The notes below the pieces were generated by a model, which saw only the letters and a program-made list of their open reading frames with translations, did no database searches and was not told where the DNA came from. DNA of 64,000 nucleotides from positions 62,767-126,766 of the forward strand of contig CAZMNX010000002.1 of the NCBI GenBank assembly GCA_964567825.1, in the 5' to 3' direction. The position numbers and the translations under genes were made by a program. This DNA comes from an uncultured Candidatus Saccharibacteria bacterium. Lineage in GTDB: Bacteria; Patescibacteriota; Minisyncoccia; Phycocordibacterales; GWA1-40-21. Below are positions 1 to 10,166 of this stretch, piece after piece (position 1 is the stretch's first letter; every line of letters begins with the position of its first letter).

Positions 1-170
1 TCTCCACTTTCTTCACAGGGATAGTAAAAACATGATTCTATTTGCGGATCGCAGGGAGCAAAACCATAAATTTGATAGTCTTTAGTCCAATATTTATACA
101 AAGTTAAACCAACGGACCCGATTAGGAGAAGGACAAATATAAATATGAGTATTTTTGATTTTCTGTCCAT
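1..170 (-). CDS. Partial hypothetical membrane-anchored protein (MDRKSKILIFIFVLLLIGSVGLTLYKYWTKDYQIYGFAPCDPQIESCFYYPCEESG...), runs off the window
   Basis: Hand translation from ATG at 170; open to the window edge; N-terminal TM helix and Cys-rich CDP..ESCF motif. Confidence 0.7.
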   Translation of the reverse strand, partial: MDRKSKILIFIFVLLLIGSVGLTLYKYWTKDYQIYGFAPCDPQIESCFYYPCEESG

Positions 171-187
171 ATGTAAAATCAATTATA

Positions 188-853
188 TCATAAAAATCCA
201 TAAATTACCTTAATTACCCAAATGACAGCCTGCATCAAAACACTCCAGACCAAACAGCCAAAAATAGTGCTGGCGACGAAAATAATGTAATCTCTCTTGT
301 CTAATTTATCAAATTTACCGTGTCTTAGAAAAATAGTGGTAATAAAAGAATCCTGCCATGTTGATAAAGTGACGAAAGCAAATATGTCATTCTTATTCAA
401 TAACCAAATCATTAATTGGAGAAATTTAGCGGGGATATACAAGCTAAATCTTTTTAAAAGATTCTGATGGTTACTGACTTCATGGACCCAAAGATGACCT
501 TTAGCTTTAATACTTTCAATTTCATTTACCCCAAACCAATCTACTTTTTTCTTTTGATACCAAAGAAGAATTATGAAATTATTAATCAAAGCCATGACTA
601 TCAATATCAATATTCCCGCAAAACCATAGAATGCCTGTAGTAAGGGCCAAAGTATAAAATCCACCGCAAAGTTGTAGGCCTCGTATATTCCCCATCCGGA
701 CATCACCTGAACCGCCCGTCTCCAATTTTTAGATACTAAAAAAACAATAATTCCTAGAATTATTATTCCCCCAATTATCCATAACATGTCGTTTGTCATC
801 AAAATAATAATAACACATATAACTGAATAATGCCGACTTTTTCTAATACCCAT
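188..853 (-). CDS. Hypothetical multi-pass membrane protein (true start may be MTNDML)
   Basis: 221 aa ORF with several hydrophobic stretches. Confidence 0.7.
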   Translation of the reverse strand: MGIRKSRHYSVICVIIILMTNDMLWIIGGIIILGIIVFLVSKNWRRAVQVMSGWGIYEAYNFAVDFILWPLLQAFYGFAGILILIVMALINNFIILLWYQKKKVDWFGVNEIESIKAKGHLWVHEVSNHQNLLKRFSLYIPAKFLQLMIWLLNKNDIFAFVTLSTWQDSFITTIFLRHGKFDKLDKRDYIIFVASTIFGCLVWSVLMQAVIWVIKVIYGFL

Positions 854-880
854 CCTGATTGAACTTAGGGGTAATTTATC

Positions 881-908
881 TTGACAGATTCATATTTAAA
901 TGTAGTAT
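881..908 (+). promoter_or_regulatory. Sigma70-type promoter of ndk-like gene (TTGACA-16-TAGTAT)
   Basis: Consensus hexamers; SD AAGGAG just before ATG 958. Confidence 0.6.
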
Positions 909-957
909 GAAATAAGGTTTTTGCACATTAACATGCTAGATAGAAAGGAGCGTATTT

Positions 958-1386
958 ATGAAATTGGAAACTAGTTTCTACATTATCAAGCCCCATGGTT
1001 TGATATTTCTTGCGGAAGTCAGAGCAATGATCCAGGATGGTGGCCTAATCATCTCAGAAAGCAAGAGACTGATTATGCCGTATTGGGCTCTAGAGACCAT
1101 TTACTCTGACCTTCCAGAGAGATACAGGAGCGCAGTTTTCAAGCCTTTTGCCGACACGTCTGTTGAAGTTGGACTTGTGGTTGGAGAAAATGCCGTTGAT
1201 ACACTTCTTCAAATCGCAGGCACAGAACTTGATCCTGTTGATTGTGCCCCCGAAAGTATACGCTTTAAATTCGGAGGGCGAGGATCATTTATGATCGATG
1301 GAGTTAGATATTACAAAAATATCATCCATCGATCCAGGGACAGGATGGAGGCGAAAAAAGACGTTGATGTCTTCCGTATGTTATAA
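958..1386 (+). CDS. ndk: Nucleoside-diphosphate kinase family protein
   Basis: IIKPHG N-terminal motif, APESIR, NIIHRS catalytic His motif. Confidence 0.75.
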   Translation: MKLETSFYIIKPHGLIFLAEVRAMIQDGGLIISESKRLIMPYWALETIYSDLPERYRSAVFKPFADTSVEVGLVVGENAVDTLLQIAGTELDPVDCAPESIRFKFGGRGSFMIDGVRYYKNIIHRSRDRMEAKKDVDVFRML

Positions 1387-1415
1387 CACCCAAGCAACAA
1401 AATGTTTGGGTGTTA
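1384..1415 (+). terminator. Hairpin after ndk-like gene
   Basis: TAACACCCAAGCA...TGTTTGGGTGTTA inverted repeat between convergent genes. Confidence 0.55.
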
Positions 1416-1459
1416 TTCTATTTCCAGGAAATCTTAAACTTAAACATTATAGGAGTTAA

Positions 1460-2350
1460 TTAACTAACTTCTAGATAAGCTCTAATATTATCTATAACCT
1501 TTTTACTCAGCTTTTCTCTGGCTTCTACCGTTATTCCAGCTATAATTTCTGTATATATAAATCTTTCCAAATCACCAAGTTTTTCTTTTATCTCAGGTTG
1601 GTAATCTCTTATTAAAAAATTATTTTTATTTCCAAGCCATAGTCGGATAGCATCAATATCTTGATAAATATTTCCTAGGCAGGTATCAACGATAATCTTA
1701 CCATTACCTATTTTTTCTAGTTCGTCTTTTCCAATGATCTTAGTATTTTTAGGAACATGCATAGATATAATGTCACTCTCTTTAAGTAAATCATCAATGG
1801 ATGAATATTGAACTCCTTTTTTTTCCCACTCTGTCTTTCTGGATTTACTGTAATACAAGACTCTCATTTTAAAACCTAAAGCTATTCTAGCAACCTGTTG
1901 TCCAACTGCTCCTAAACCAACAATTCCTAATGTTTTTGAACTAAGCTCACAAGGCTCATTTCTCCATATATGTTTACCAAATCCCCTAAAAAGATTGAGC
2001 AGTTGAGCAAAAATATATTCAGCCGTACCGTCATCGCCATAGTCTATAACATTTTTAACAACTATATTGTGTCTCCTTACTGCTTCTAAATCAATATTCG
2101 ACAAATTTGTTCCACAAATTCCAATATACTTAAGATTCGGAGTATGTTTTAAAACTAAAGAGGTTATCGTTGAGTGCCAATTTCCCAAGATAGCATCAGC
2201 ATCCTTAATCCTTTGATAAATTTCTGTTTCATCTTCTGTATCAGAGTTAGGATAAATAACACGTTCATTTGAATAATGCTGGATTAATTCTTTAGCTTCC
2301 TCGGTGATCTTAATTGTGTTGATCACAGCTATTTTTTTAAATTTTTTCAT
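1460..2350 (-). CDS. D-isomer-specific 2-hydroxyacid dehydrogenase family protein
   Basis: GIVGLGAVG Rossmann motif, DIISMHVP, NIDLEA. Confidence 0.85.
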   Translation of the reverse strand: MKKFKKIAVINTIKITEEAKELIQHYSNERVIYPNSDTEDETEIYQRIKDADAILGNWHSTITSLVLKHTPNLKYIGICGTNLSNIDLEAVRRHNIVVKNVIDYGDDGTAEYIFAQLLNLFRGFGKHIWRNEPCELSSKTLGIVGLGAVGQQVARIALGFKMRVLYYSKSRKTEWEKKGVQYSSIDDLLKESDIISMHVPKNTKIIGKDELEKIGNGKIIVDTCLGNIYQDIDAIRLWLGNKNNFLIRDYQPEIKEKLGDLERFIYTEIIAGITVEAREKLSKKVIDNIRAYLEVS

Positions 2351-2384
2351 ATTATATTTTTATGGTGTTTATTAACACAATACG

Positions 2385-3614
2385 TTATGCTGTTATAATT
2401 TCAAACCTCTCGTATACTTTTAACATTCTACTTAAGACTTCGTCCGCAGTTTGCCCAGTGATTTGAACCCACCCAGAACAACTTGTGTATTGTCTTTTTG
2501 ATTCAACAACATCTCCAATCTTATATGTGACATTACCATCGATTACTCCGGTAAGACTACTTAGATCTTGATAGGAAGAAATTTTAGTGATAACTCCATT
2601 GGTCAACGGTAAAAACATGTCGCCAACACATTGCCGACCATTAAGCGGAAGTGGTTGGATTTTTCTTCCAACCATAATGTCGACCAATAAAGAACAAACA
2701 TCTACTCCAAAAGCAAGACTTTGATTTGATAACATATGGTCCCCAGGAGTCCGCCATGCAAATTCACAAATTATAGGCTGTCCTTGAGAATCAACAAAAA
2801 ACTCAATTTCGATATATCCATTTTTTAGACCAAGAGTACTAATTATATTTTGAGTTATTTTTCTTCCATCAAACCTAATGTTCTTGGGATCTTCTGCAAC
2901 GGTGATCTGAGCAAACTTCTCTTTCTTTTCTGCAAAACTGAGATTGGTGTATGGGAGCCATGTAAGAAAAGTCCCCACAACTTTACTATCTTGTATTAAA
3001 GAATCAAAACTCCAAATCAAATATGGACAGTATGTTTCTGCAATAAATCGCCCTGTAGAATAATCAAGACTAAGAGCTTCTAACTGGCCCTTGCTTTCAA
3101 TCCTATAGACCTCCTTTGATGATAGTCCCTTACGCCACTTAACTATAAAAGGGAAACCGTCATGTTTTTCGGCAAATTTTAGCGCATCATCTATGGAATT
3201 TAGTTCTTGATAAGACACTGTTTGGTATCCAAGCTCCTGCAATTTATCTTTCATTACTGCTTTGTCCCTTACACATCGAGCTTGGTATTCGTTCAATGCA
3301 CCTGAGAGACCAAGCAACGAAGCAAATCTCTGAACCACCTCCTGATTATATTCGGAGTCATTATAGAAATAATCAACCGTAATTTTACTTTTGGTACAGA
3401 ATATTCTAAACCTTTCAACTTCATGTTCTATGGTCTCTGTTTTGTCAAAGATAAAACAGGGGATGTCAGATGTCGCATTGAGATGAGTTTGACTAAAGAA
3501 CATATTTTGCTTAAATCTTAATAAAACCAAGCTAATGGTTCTATTTGACGCTACACTCTTTGAAAGCGTGTTTTCATACTCCTCTACAAAAAGAAGTGTC
3601 GGTTTATTAATCAT
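2385..3614 (-). CDS. ATP-grasp protein, L-amino-acid ligase-like
   Basis: RDKAVMK, PFIVK, EIEFF, CEFAWRTPGD motifs and ligase-type C-terminal domain. Confidence 0.75.
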   Translation of the reverse strand: MINKPTLLFVEEYENTLSKSVASNRTISLVLLRFKQNMFFSQTHLNATSDIPCFIFDKTETIEHEVERFRIFCTKSKITVDYFYNDSEYNQEVVQRFASLLGLSGALNEYQARCVRDKAVMKDKLQELGYQTVSYQELNSIDDALKFAEKHDGFPFIVKWRKGLSSKEVYRIESKGQLEALSLDYSTGRFIAETYCPYLIWSFDSLIQDSKVVGTFLTWLPYTNLSFAEKKEKFAQITVAEDPKNIRFDGRKITQNIISTLGLKNGYIEIEFFVDSQGQPIICEFAWRTPGDHMLSNQSLAFGVDVCSLLVDIMVGRKIQPLPLNGRQCVGDMFLPLTNGVITKISSYQDLSSLTGVIDGNVTYKIGDVVESKRQYTSCSGWVQITGQTADEVLSRMLKVYERFEIITA

Positions 3615-4063
3615 GGCATATTAGAAAATATTTCTTTTATTTTTTCTGACGTTTCTGGCAACTGGTTATCAAAGAGTAAATAATTTTTTAAATCACCATA
3701 AGAAACCCACTTATAAGTTCGTACCTCACCAGGGTTTGGGATTATGGTCTTTTCATCACCAACAAACCTGAACCCAAAGAAATATCGTTCTGAGCCTTCA
3801 TATTCAATCCCGTCACGATTCATCTTTATTTCCTTGAATTTAAACCTGACAGGAATATCACTCTGGCCCATGATCTGAAGATTTTTTTCCTTAATTCCTA
3901 ATTCTTCATTTAACTCTCGGTACACAGCATCTTTTAATGATTCTTTCTGTTCAACTCCGCCCCCGGGTATTGCAAAATATTTGTCTTCAAAAGACTCTAG
4001 ATTAACCAAAAGAAACTCGTTCTTTTTATTTATGACAATGGCTGAAACTCCTTTTCTATACAT
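3611..4063 (-). CDS. NUDIX hydrolase
   Basis: PGGGVEQKESLKDAVYRELNEELG Nudix box. Confidence 0.9.
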   Translation of the reverse strand: MYRKGVSAIVINKKNEFLLVNLESFEDKYFAIPGGGVEQKESLKDAVYRELNEELGIKEKNLQIMGQSDIPVRFKFKEIKMNRDGIEYEGSERYFFGFRFVGDEKTIIPNPGEVRTYKWVSYGDLKNYLLFDNQLPETSEKIKEIFSNMP

Positions 4064-4080
4064 AATTTTTATAAATTTAT

Positions 4081-4965
4081 TTATACTATTAATGACTTAA
4101 GAAGAATAGAGGTCGCTTTCTTTTTCATATTTTCTGGTATGAACCTGAAAAATAAATCAGGGTCAATTAATTCTACCTCTAAAATTTCATAACTGGTGTT
4201 AAACCTTAAAAAATCAACTCTACATATATTAGGGAAGCCACCAAACTTCTTTAGGAGAAATACTTTTAATGTATCTACTTCTTTTTTTATAAACTTTGGT
4301 AAGTTGATAGACTTTATATAAACCGGATCTAATTTTTCACTAAAAATTCCCGGAAACCTCTTTACGCCATATAAGACTATACCGTCAATTATAACAACAG
4401 AAATTTCTCCAGTCAATATGTCTGGTCTATAGGGCTGTGCAATAAAATCGAGTTGTCTATTTTGTTGCAGTGAGGTGATAAGAGTTTTATTGTTTCCTGT
4501 CTCATCATATTTAAAAGTCAGATAACCGCTTTCTGAAATACGAGGCTTAATAACCAGCGTGTCTGTTTTCAATGTTTTTTTTGTTTGTAATACCATACCT
4601 CTAATCTCAGATACTTTTTTTGTACTTTTGAAATTAAAGAGCACTGTGGGGACTACGCTCATGTTTTTTAATTCATGTAAGTATTTATGCTTATCAATAT
4701 TCCAAAGGATAAAATCATAGTCGTTTATTAGTCTAATGTTCTTTTTCTTAAGCATCGATATTTTCTTCAAAAAATCTCGATAATGTAAATTATACCCCCA
4801 AATACTTTTTAAAAGTACCACATCAAAAGGTTTGGCTATTCTTACAGCATCTTTTAGAGTAACAATTTCGCATAAAAATCCCTTATTTCTATAGGCGTCA
4901 CGTATATAAGCATCTTCTAAGATTTTCCCTACATACTTTTCTGATGAGGCAATATATATTTTCAT
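4081..4965 (-). CDS. ATP-grasp protein, RimK/glutathione-synthetase-like
   Basis: WNIDKHKYL, IKPRIS, GEISVV, RVDF, LEVELIDPDLF. Confidence 0.75.
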   Translation of the reverse strand: MKIYIASSEKYVGKILEDAYIRDAYRNKGFLCEIVTLKDAVRIAKPFDVVLLKSIWGYNLHYRDFLKKISMLKKKNIRLINDYDFILWNIDKHKYLHELKNMSVVPTVLFNFKSTKKVSEIRGMVLQTKKTLKTDTLVIKPRISESGYLTFKYDETGNNKTLITSLQQNRQLDFIAQPYRPDILTGEISVVIIDGIVLYGVKRFPGIFSEKLDPVYIKSINLPKFIKKEVDTLKVFLLKKFGGFPNICRVDFLRFNTSYEILEVELIDPDLFFRFIPENMKKKATSILLKSLIV

Positions 4966-6587
4966 ACTAATAATTCTATGGATGATTTGAGGCGTAGAAA
5001 AGATTTCAGTAAATCTTCATACGCACCAAAAGCGATAGTCACTCTTGCGATTAGTTGATTCTGATTGGGCCAGCAAAACGCTCTACCAGTTAATAGTTTA
5101 ATATTGCCAGATGTATACAAAAATCTTAGCAAGGTTGTATCATCAGTTATCCTAAATTCTTTATATGATTTCCCGAGTAATTTACTTAAATCTAAAAGTA
5201 TAAAAAATCCTGACTCTGGATCAAGTACTATACTGACATCTTTAATACCACTCATAGTTTTTTTAATATCAAAAATAAGTTTGTTATTCTTAATGATCTT
5301 ATTAAGCAGTCTTCTTTCTTCTTTATTAAGATTATCAGCTCCTATAATAATAGCTTTTGCAAAGATGTACCTTTCATAATATTTCCTAGTAATAACGGTA
5401 AAGTACTTCTCTCTTTCCATAAGAGAAGTATGATCAGTTAAGAAAACTGCACTCATGGCAGCCGACTGTAATAATGACAATGAATCCAGGCTCTGAAATA
5501 TTTTATCTCTTATTAAGGAGATAATCGCCTCGTTAGCAATAACCATGCCCGACCTTAAGCTAGCTAACCCGTAAGATTTAGAAAGAGAATGTAGTGTTAT
5601 TGTATTATTAAAATGACCCTTTAAGCTACAGATTGGCAGTGCAGTTGAATTTCTATTAAATTCTAAACCAGAATAAGCCAAATCATCAATAATAAATACA
5701 CCAGCCTCATTGCAAATATTAGAAATTTCTAACAACAACGACCTGTCTTTTTTACTATACACAACACCTGTCGGGTTGTGCGGATTTAAATTAAGAAAAG
5801 CAGAAACTCTTGGTGGTATATCAGAACGTCTAAAAACATATTTCGCCCTATTTATATCGTAATCTCGCTTAAGTTCATCATTTGTTTTAATAATAAGTTG
5901 CTTAAGCTCTTTAGGATTAATTTTCCAATCATCAAGACTTCTAAGCGGTAAGAGTCTAACTTCTCCTCCAATCCTCTCTGGTATAAAGGCAAAAAGTCCA
6001 TAATTAGGAGCCGTCATAATGACCACATCACCATAATCCAGTATTGCTTCCATAACAAAGGTAAAAGCTTGTGTGCTTGAATGAGTAAAAATAATATTAT
6101 TCTCACAAATTTCTAAATCATGAGAGATTTTAAAGTATTTTATAATAGGCACTTTGTCCTCGCTATATCCAGCGGCTAATTGATAATCAGAAAGTATTCT
6201 ATTTTTCAAGGCCTGTTTTATACTCTTAGTACAACTACCAAAAGGATTAAAGCGTGCAGGACTTCCAACTCCCAATCTAACTTTATCCACAACAGGATCT
6301 TTAAAGCCTTTTATAAGGAGGTTTGTGGAAAGACTGTAATCATCATACACTCTAGCCGCTTCTTGTATCTCAGTAGATTTCCAAGAGTTCAAAAGTGTAT
6401 TACCTAAATGAGGTAGTCCACCGTAAAATAACCTGTTGACCTGGTTTGATGGGTACATTCGTACTACAGATCGTATGGACTTAGGAAGATTCTTGTTTCT
6501 TATGATTTTTTGTTTATTATTATTAACCATGATATGCACACCAGCATACCATAAACCATCAATATAGTCTATACCAGTTGAAATCAC
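4962..6587 (-). CDS. PLP-dependent aminotransferase class I/II with N-terminal extension
   Basis: NPHNPTG, IIDDLAY, SLSKSYGLASLRSG. Confidence 0.85.
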   Translation of the reverse strand: MISTGIDYIDGLWYAGVHIMVNNNKQKIIRNKNLPKSIRSVVRMYPSNQVNRLFYGGLPHLGNTLLNSWKSTEIQEAARVYDDYSLSTNLLIKGFKDPVVDKVRLGVGSPARFNPFGSCTKSIKQALKNRILSDYQLAAGYSEDKVPIIKYFKISHDLEICENNIIFTHSSTQAFTFVMEAILDYGDVVIMTAPNYGLFAFIPERIGGEVRLLPLRSLDDWKINPKELKQLIIKTNDELKRDYDINRAKYVFRRSDIPPRVSAFLNLNPHNPTGVVYSKKDRSLLLEISNICNEAGVFIIDDLAYSGLEFNRNSTALPICSLKGHFNNTITLHSLSKSYGLASLRSGMVIANEAIISLIRDKIFQSLDSLSLLQSAAMSAVFLTDHTSLMEREKYFTVITRKYYERYIFAKAIIIGADNLNKEERRLLNKIIKNNKLIFDIKKTMSGIKDVSIVLDPESGFFILLDLSKLLGKSYKEFRITDDTTLLRFLYTSGNIKLLTGRAFCWPNQNQLIARVTIAFGAYEDLLKSFLRLKSSIELLV

Positions 6588-7627
6588 TACTCTACAATTA
6601 AATTTGGGGGAACATGTAGTTCTTCAAAAGTTAATTTATATTTGATAGTTTGTTTACCCATTAGAGATAATATAGTATTTGCAATATCTACTTTTGTCGG
6701 GTAGTAAGACTCAGTGAGTATTGTTGAGGTAGGTACTGGAACATCAGGACAAAAAAGTGAAACTGGAGCGTTCTTCAAATACATCAGGTGTTTTTCCGCA
6801 ACTTTTGCGATAACATCTGAGCCAACACTAAAAGCATGATTAGTGGTATCAATTGTGATAAGTCGACCAGTTTTTTTTACTGATTTAAAAATAGTTTCGT
6901 AATCTATCGGATTTATGGAAACAAGATCTATAAGTTCCACGTCAACATGACCACTAATCAACTCTAAAGCTTCATACGCCGCAATCAAACCATCCCCATA
7001 AGAAACAATTGTGAGATCCGCACCTTTTTTTACCACAACAGCTTTATCGAGTGGTTCATCATATAGTTCGGTTGGCACATCTTGTCTCAAGGAGAAAAGC
7101 CAGCGTGGTTCCAAAATGACCACAGGATTTTTATCACGGACTGCAGAGATAAGTAAACCCTTTGCCATACGTGGAGTAGAAGGAATCACAACTTTAAGAC
7201 CAAGTGCGTTTCCAAAAAGTGAATAGAGTGCTTGTGTATGTTGTGGGCCTTGGCCCCATTGTCGACCAATATTAATCCTAAATACAATAGGCACCGAATG
7301 TCCGCCGCCGAACATATAATTCCATTTTGCCGCTTGTGTAAATATCTGATCGGCTGCAAAGAGTGCGAACTCAACCCTACCATGATGCACAATGGGGTGA
7401 AGACCAGTTATCGCTGCACCGACAGCCATTCCCGTTACAGCATTTTCTGATTGTGGTGTTTCAATTATACGGGAAGGATATTTTTCCTTAAGTCCAGCTG
7501 TTGTTCCGTCTGCACCATTTTTATATGAAACTTCTAGACCCATAACAATAACATCCTGATCTACCTCCATCATTTGGTCTGTAGCTTCTTTAATTGCTTC
7601 AGTATATGTAATAATTCTATTAGACAT
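6587..7627 (-). CDS. TPP-dependent 2-oxoacid dehydrogenase E1 beta / transketolase C-terminal subunit
   Basis: Start at MSNRIITYTEAI; ETPQSENAVTGMAVGAA, GPQHTQ; overlaps the alpha-subunit stop. Confidence 0.9.
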   Translation of the reverse strand: MSNRIITYTEAIKEATDQMMEVDQDVIVMGLEVSYKNGADGTTAGLKEKYPSRIIETPQSENAVTGMAVGAAITGLHPIVHHGRVEFALFAADQIFTQAAKWNYMFGGGHSVPIVFRINIGRQWGQGPQHTQALYSLFGNALGLKVVIPSTPRMAKGLLISAVRDKNPVVILEPRWLFSLRQDVPTELYDEPLDKAVVVKKGADLTIVSYGDGLIAAYEALELISGHVDVELIDLVSINPIDYETIFKSVKKTGRLITIDTTNHAFSVGSDVIAKVAEKHLMYLKNAPVSLFCPDVPVPTSTILTESYYPTKVDIANTILSLMGKQTIKYKLTFEELHVPPNLIVE

Positions 7628-8612
7628 AAAGGTTGGTATATAAGCTTTTTTTATTTGGAAATGGTGACTTTTCAGCAAAAATAATAGCATCAATAACAGT
7701 TTTTTTAATATCATCTTCCATAGCAGTAATTTCCTCTTCGGAAACTCCTGAAGCCAGAGTTTCTCGTCTCATTCTGACTACTGAATCTTTCTCTTTTCGC
7801 TGTTCTACTGTATCTTCCTCACGAGTTTCCTCCTCAAAGGCTGGCCCACTGTGTGCCATGTGACGGTAGGTCATACATTCGATGAGGGCAGGTTTGCCCG
7901 CACGTACTTCGGTGATAAGATCTCTGGTTTTTATGACCACGTCGGAATAATCATTCCCATCAGCCTTTATATATCGTACTCCAAACCCAGCAACGATCCT
8001 TTCGGTATTGTGAGATACTGATCGCCGTTCCCAAAGACGGGTATTAATGGACCGAAGATTATTTTCAAGTACGATAAGTAACGGCAGCTTAAAAAGTGTT
8101 GCCAAATTTAAAGACTCGTAGATACCCCCCTCCTCAAATGCACCGTCGCCTAAGAAAACAACTGTTACCGAATCACTCTTGTGATAATTTTGTTCAAAGG
8201 CACTACCACAGGAAAGCGGTAAAGCACTTGAGAGAATTGGTGTTGAGCCAATAAAATTAACTGATTTATCAATCAAGTGCATTGATCCGCCCTTACCGTG
8301 TGACGAACCATATTCCTTTCCAAGCAACTCGCAGACCATTTTCTTGAGATCTCCTCCTTTAGCAAGATAGTGTCCGTGTGATCGATGATTTCCCATCACA
8401 CGGTCATCTTTGTGTAGCGCATCGCAGACACCTACAGCTACCGCTTCTTGACCAACATAAAAATGGACAAGACTCAATATCTTATTCTTAAGGTAATAAA
8501 AAGCTATTTGTTCCTCCGCTGTCCGAATAAGGAACATCTTTTTATAAGCGTCTAATAACATAGACTCAATTCTATTGAAAATGACACTTTTGTCAATCAA
8601 AATTGAACCCAA
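7620..8612 (-). CDS. TPP-dependent 2-oxoacid dehydrogenase E1 alpha subunit
   Basis: GQEAVAVG, HRSHGH, GKGGSMH, GDGA...NN TPP-binding motif. Confidence 0.9.
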   Translation of the reverse strand: MGSILIDKSVIFNRIESMLLDAYKKMFLIRTAEEQIAFYYLKNKILSLVHFYVGQEAVAVGVCDALHKDDRVMGNHRSHGHYLAKGGDLKKMVCELLGKEYGSSHGKGGSMHLIDKSVNFIGSTPILSSALPLSCGSAFEQNYHKSDSVTVVFLGDGAFEEGGIYESLNLATLFKLPLLIVLENNLRSINTRLWERRSVSHNTERIVAGFGVRYIKADGNDYSDVVIKTRDLITEVRAGKPALIECMTYRHMAHSGPAFEEETREEDTVEQRKEKDSVVRMRRETLASGVSEEEITAMEDDIKKTVIDAIIFAEKSPFPNKKSLYTNLYV

Positions 8613-8640
8613 CAGGCTGTATTTTTACTGGATTGTTTGA

Positions 8641-9156
8641 CTAACTTTTATCTTTAGCTAAATCCAAAACTTTACTTACAAACTCGCTTTTACCACTAAT
8701 ATAAACATCCTTTCCTGAAGGATCATTCTCTAGCAAATTTTCTTTTAATTTTTGATACTCGTCTCTAAAATCTGGGTGATTTCTCAAATAATCTCTAAAT
8801 ATAATCTGTCGTTCCCAAAAATTTCCTCTATCCTTATAAGCAATAGAAAGGTGAAATTTTGTAGGGTTACCTTTCCTGAATAAGTGCCTTTCTCCACTGG
8901 AATTTAATTTGTCATAAGAATATCCAAATTTCTCAAGTGGTTTAATAAAGGAATCTCCATCCTCTCTTTTTTCTATCAGAACAACAATGTCAATAATTGG
9001 TTTTGAAGATAATCCAGGAATAGAGGTGCTACCAATATGCTCAATGGCAATAGCCTTATTACCAAATATTTCTTGTAATTTACCTTTTTCTGTCTGAAAC
9101 TTATCTTGCCAGGATAGTTGATAAGAGACTAGGGTTGTATGTGATAAATCTGTCAT
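8641..9156 (-). CDS. GrpB family nucleotidyltransferase-fold protein
   Basis: IEHIGSTSIPGLSSKPIIDI, FRDYLRNHP, YQKLK. Confidence 0.9.
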   Translation of the reverse strand: MTDLSHTTLVSYQLSWQDKFQTEKGKLQEIFGNKAIAIEHIGSTSIPGLSSKPIIDIVVLIEKREDGDSFIKPLEKFGYSYDKLNSSGERHLFRKGNPTKFHLSIAYKDRGNFWERQIIFRDYLRNHPDFRDEYQKLKENLLENDPSGKDVYISGKSEFVSKVLDLAKDKS

Positions 9157-10136
9157 TAGTGTTTAATTATTGTAATATTTTTTCTCCCAGTATCTATACT
9201 AGCTTCTCCACCAATAGGAAAAGTAATTATTGGACTAGTGTGGCCAAAATCAACATTGGCAATTACAGGAATATTTTTTAATTCAGCTTTATTTTTAATA
9301 ATCTTAATTAATTTTTCACTAGCCATCTCAGTTGCTTTCTGAAATCTACCAATCACTACGCCTTTTACTCCTTTGAAATCCGGCAGATGAATAAGAGATT
9401 GCAAGTTTCGATCAAAGTCCACATATTTTGAAGTATCATCGTCCTCTAAGAATAAAATTGAACCCTTTAGATTTGGCATATATTCCGTTCCTTGAAGCAG
9501 ATTAAATGTACAAAGATTTGCTCCGAGAATAGTTCCGGTAGCTTTACCTTTATTTATTATAAGCCAACCATCATTTTTAATCGGGTTTCTTCTATCCTGA
9601 TCCATATACCAAGCATCATCTGTCCATTCTTTAGAGGGTGTAATTTCAAAGCAATCATTCTCCACTAAGCATTTCGTAAAATAATCCATTGTATACTCAA
9701 AATGCAATTTTTGACCGAAAGTTGACCAAGCTGGACCAGAATAGGTCACCAACCCAGTTTTAGCAAAAATAGCATTTTGCAAAGCGGTAGTATCAGAGTA
9801 ACCGATAAATATTTTCGGATTATCCTTTATAATGTTCCAATCAATATATTTTAAGAGCTGATTACAGTTAAAACCACCAATAACGGTAAAAACGGCTTTA
9901 ATATTTTTATCGAGAAAAGCCTTATGCAAATCTGCCACCCTAGACTTTATCGATGATGAACCGAAGTTATCAGTCTCTTCTACATTCTTACTAAAGGATA
10001 TTCTTAAACCTAAATCCATAAGCCGATCATTGGAGATCTTCCTGTTGGCTTGGGAAATAATAGAAATGGAGTGAGATGGCGCTATAATCCTTATTTCATC
10101 ACCTTTTTGTAATTTTTTGGGATATATCTTTTTCAT
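9156..10136 (-). CDS. S66 family LD-carboxypeptidase (MccF-like)
   Basis: GYSDTT (Ser), LFLED (Glu), DFGHTSP (His) catalytic triad. Confidence 0.9.
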   Translation of the reverse strand: MKKIYPKKLQKGDEIRIIAPSHSISIISQANRKISNDRLMDLGLRISFSKNVEETDNFGSSSIKSRVADLHKAFLDKNIKAVFTVIGGFNCNQLLKYIDWNIIKDNPKIFIGYSDTTALQNAIFAKTGLVTYSGPAWSTFGQKLHFEYTMDYFTKCLVENDCFEITPSKEWTDDAWYMDQDRRNPIKNDGWLIINKGKATGTILGANLCTFNLLQGTEYMPNLKGSILFLEDDDTSKYVDFDRNLQSLIHLPDFKGVKGVVIGRFQKATEMASEKLIKIIKNKAELKNIPVIANVDFGHTSPIITFPIGGEASIDTGRKNITIIKH

Positions 10137-10166
10137 AGGCCCATATTAGCACAAAACCAGCTTATG

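Noticed and set aside
6587-8612. Housekeeping pyruvate dehydrogenase (pdhA/pdhB)
   Set aside because: No E2/E3 genes nearby and the context is accessory; gene symbols withheld
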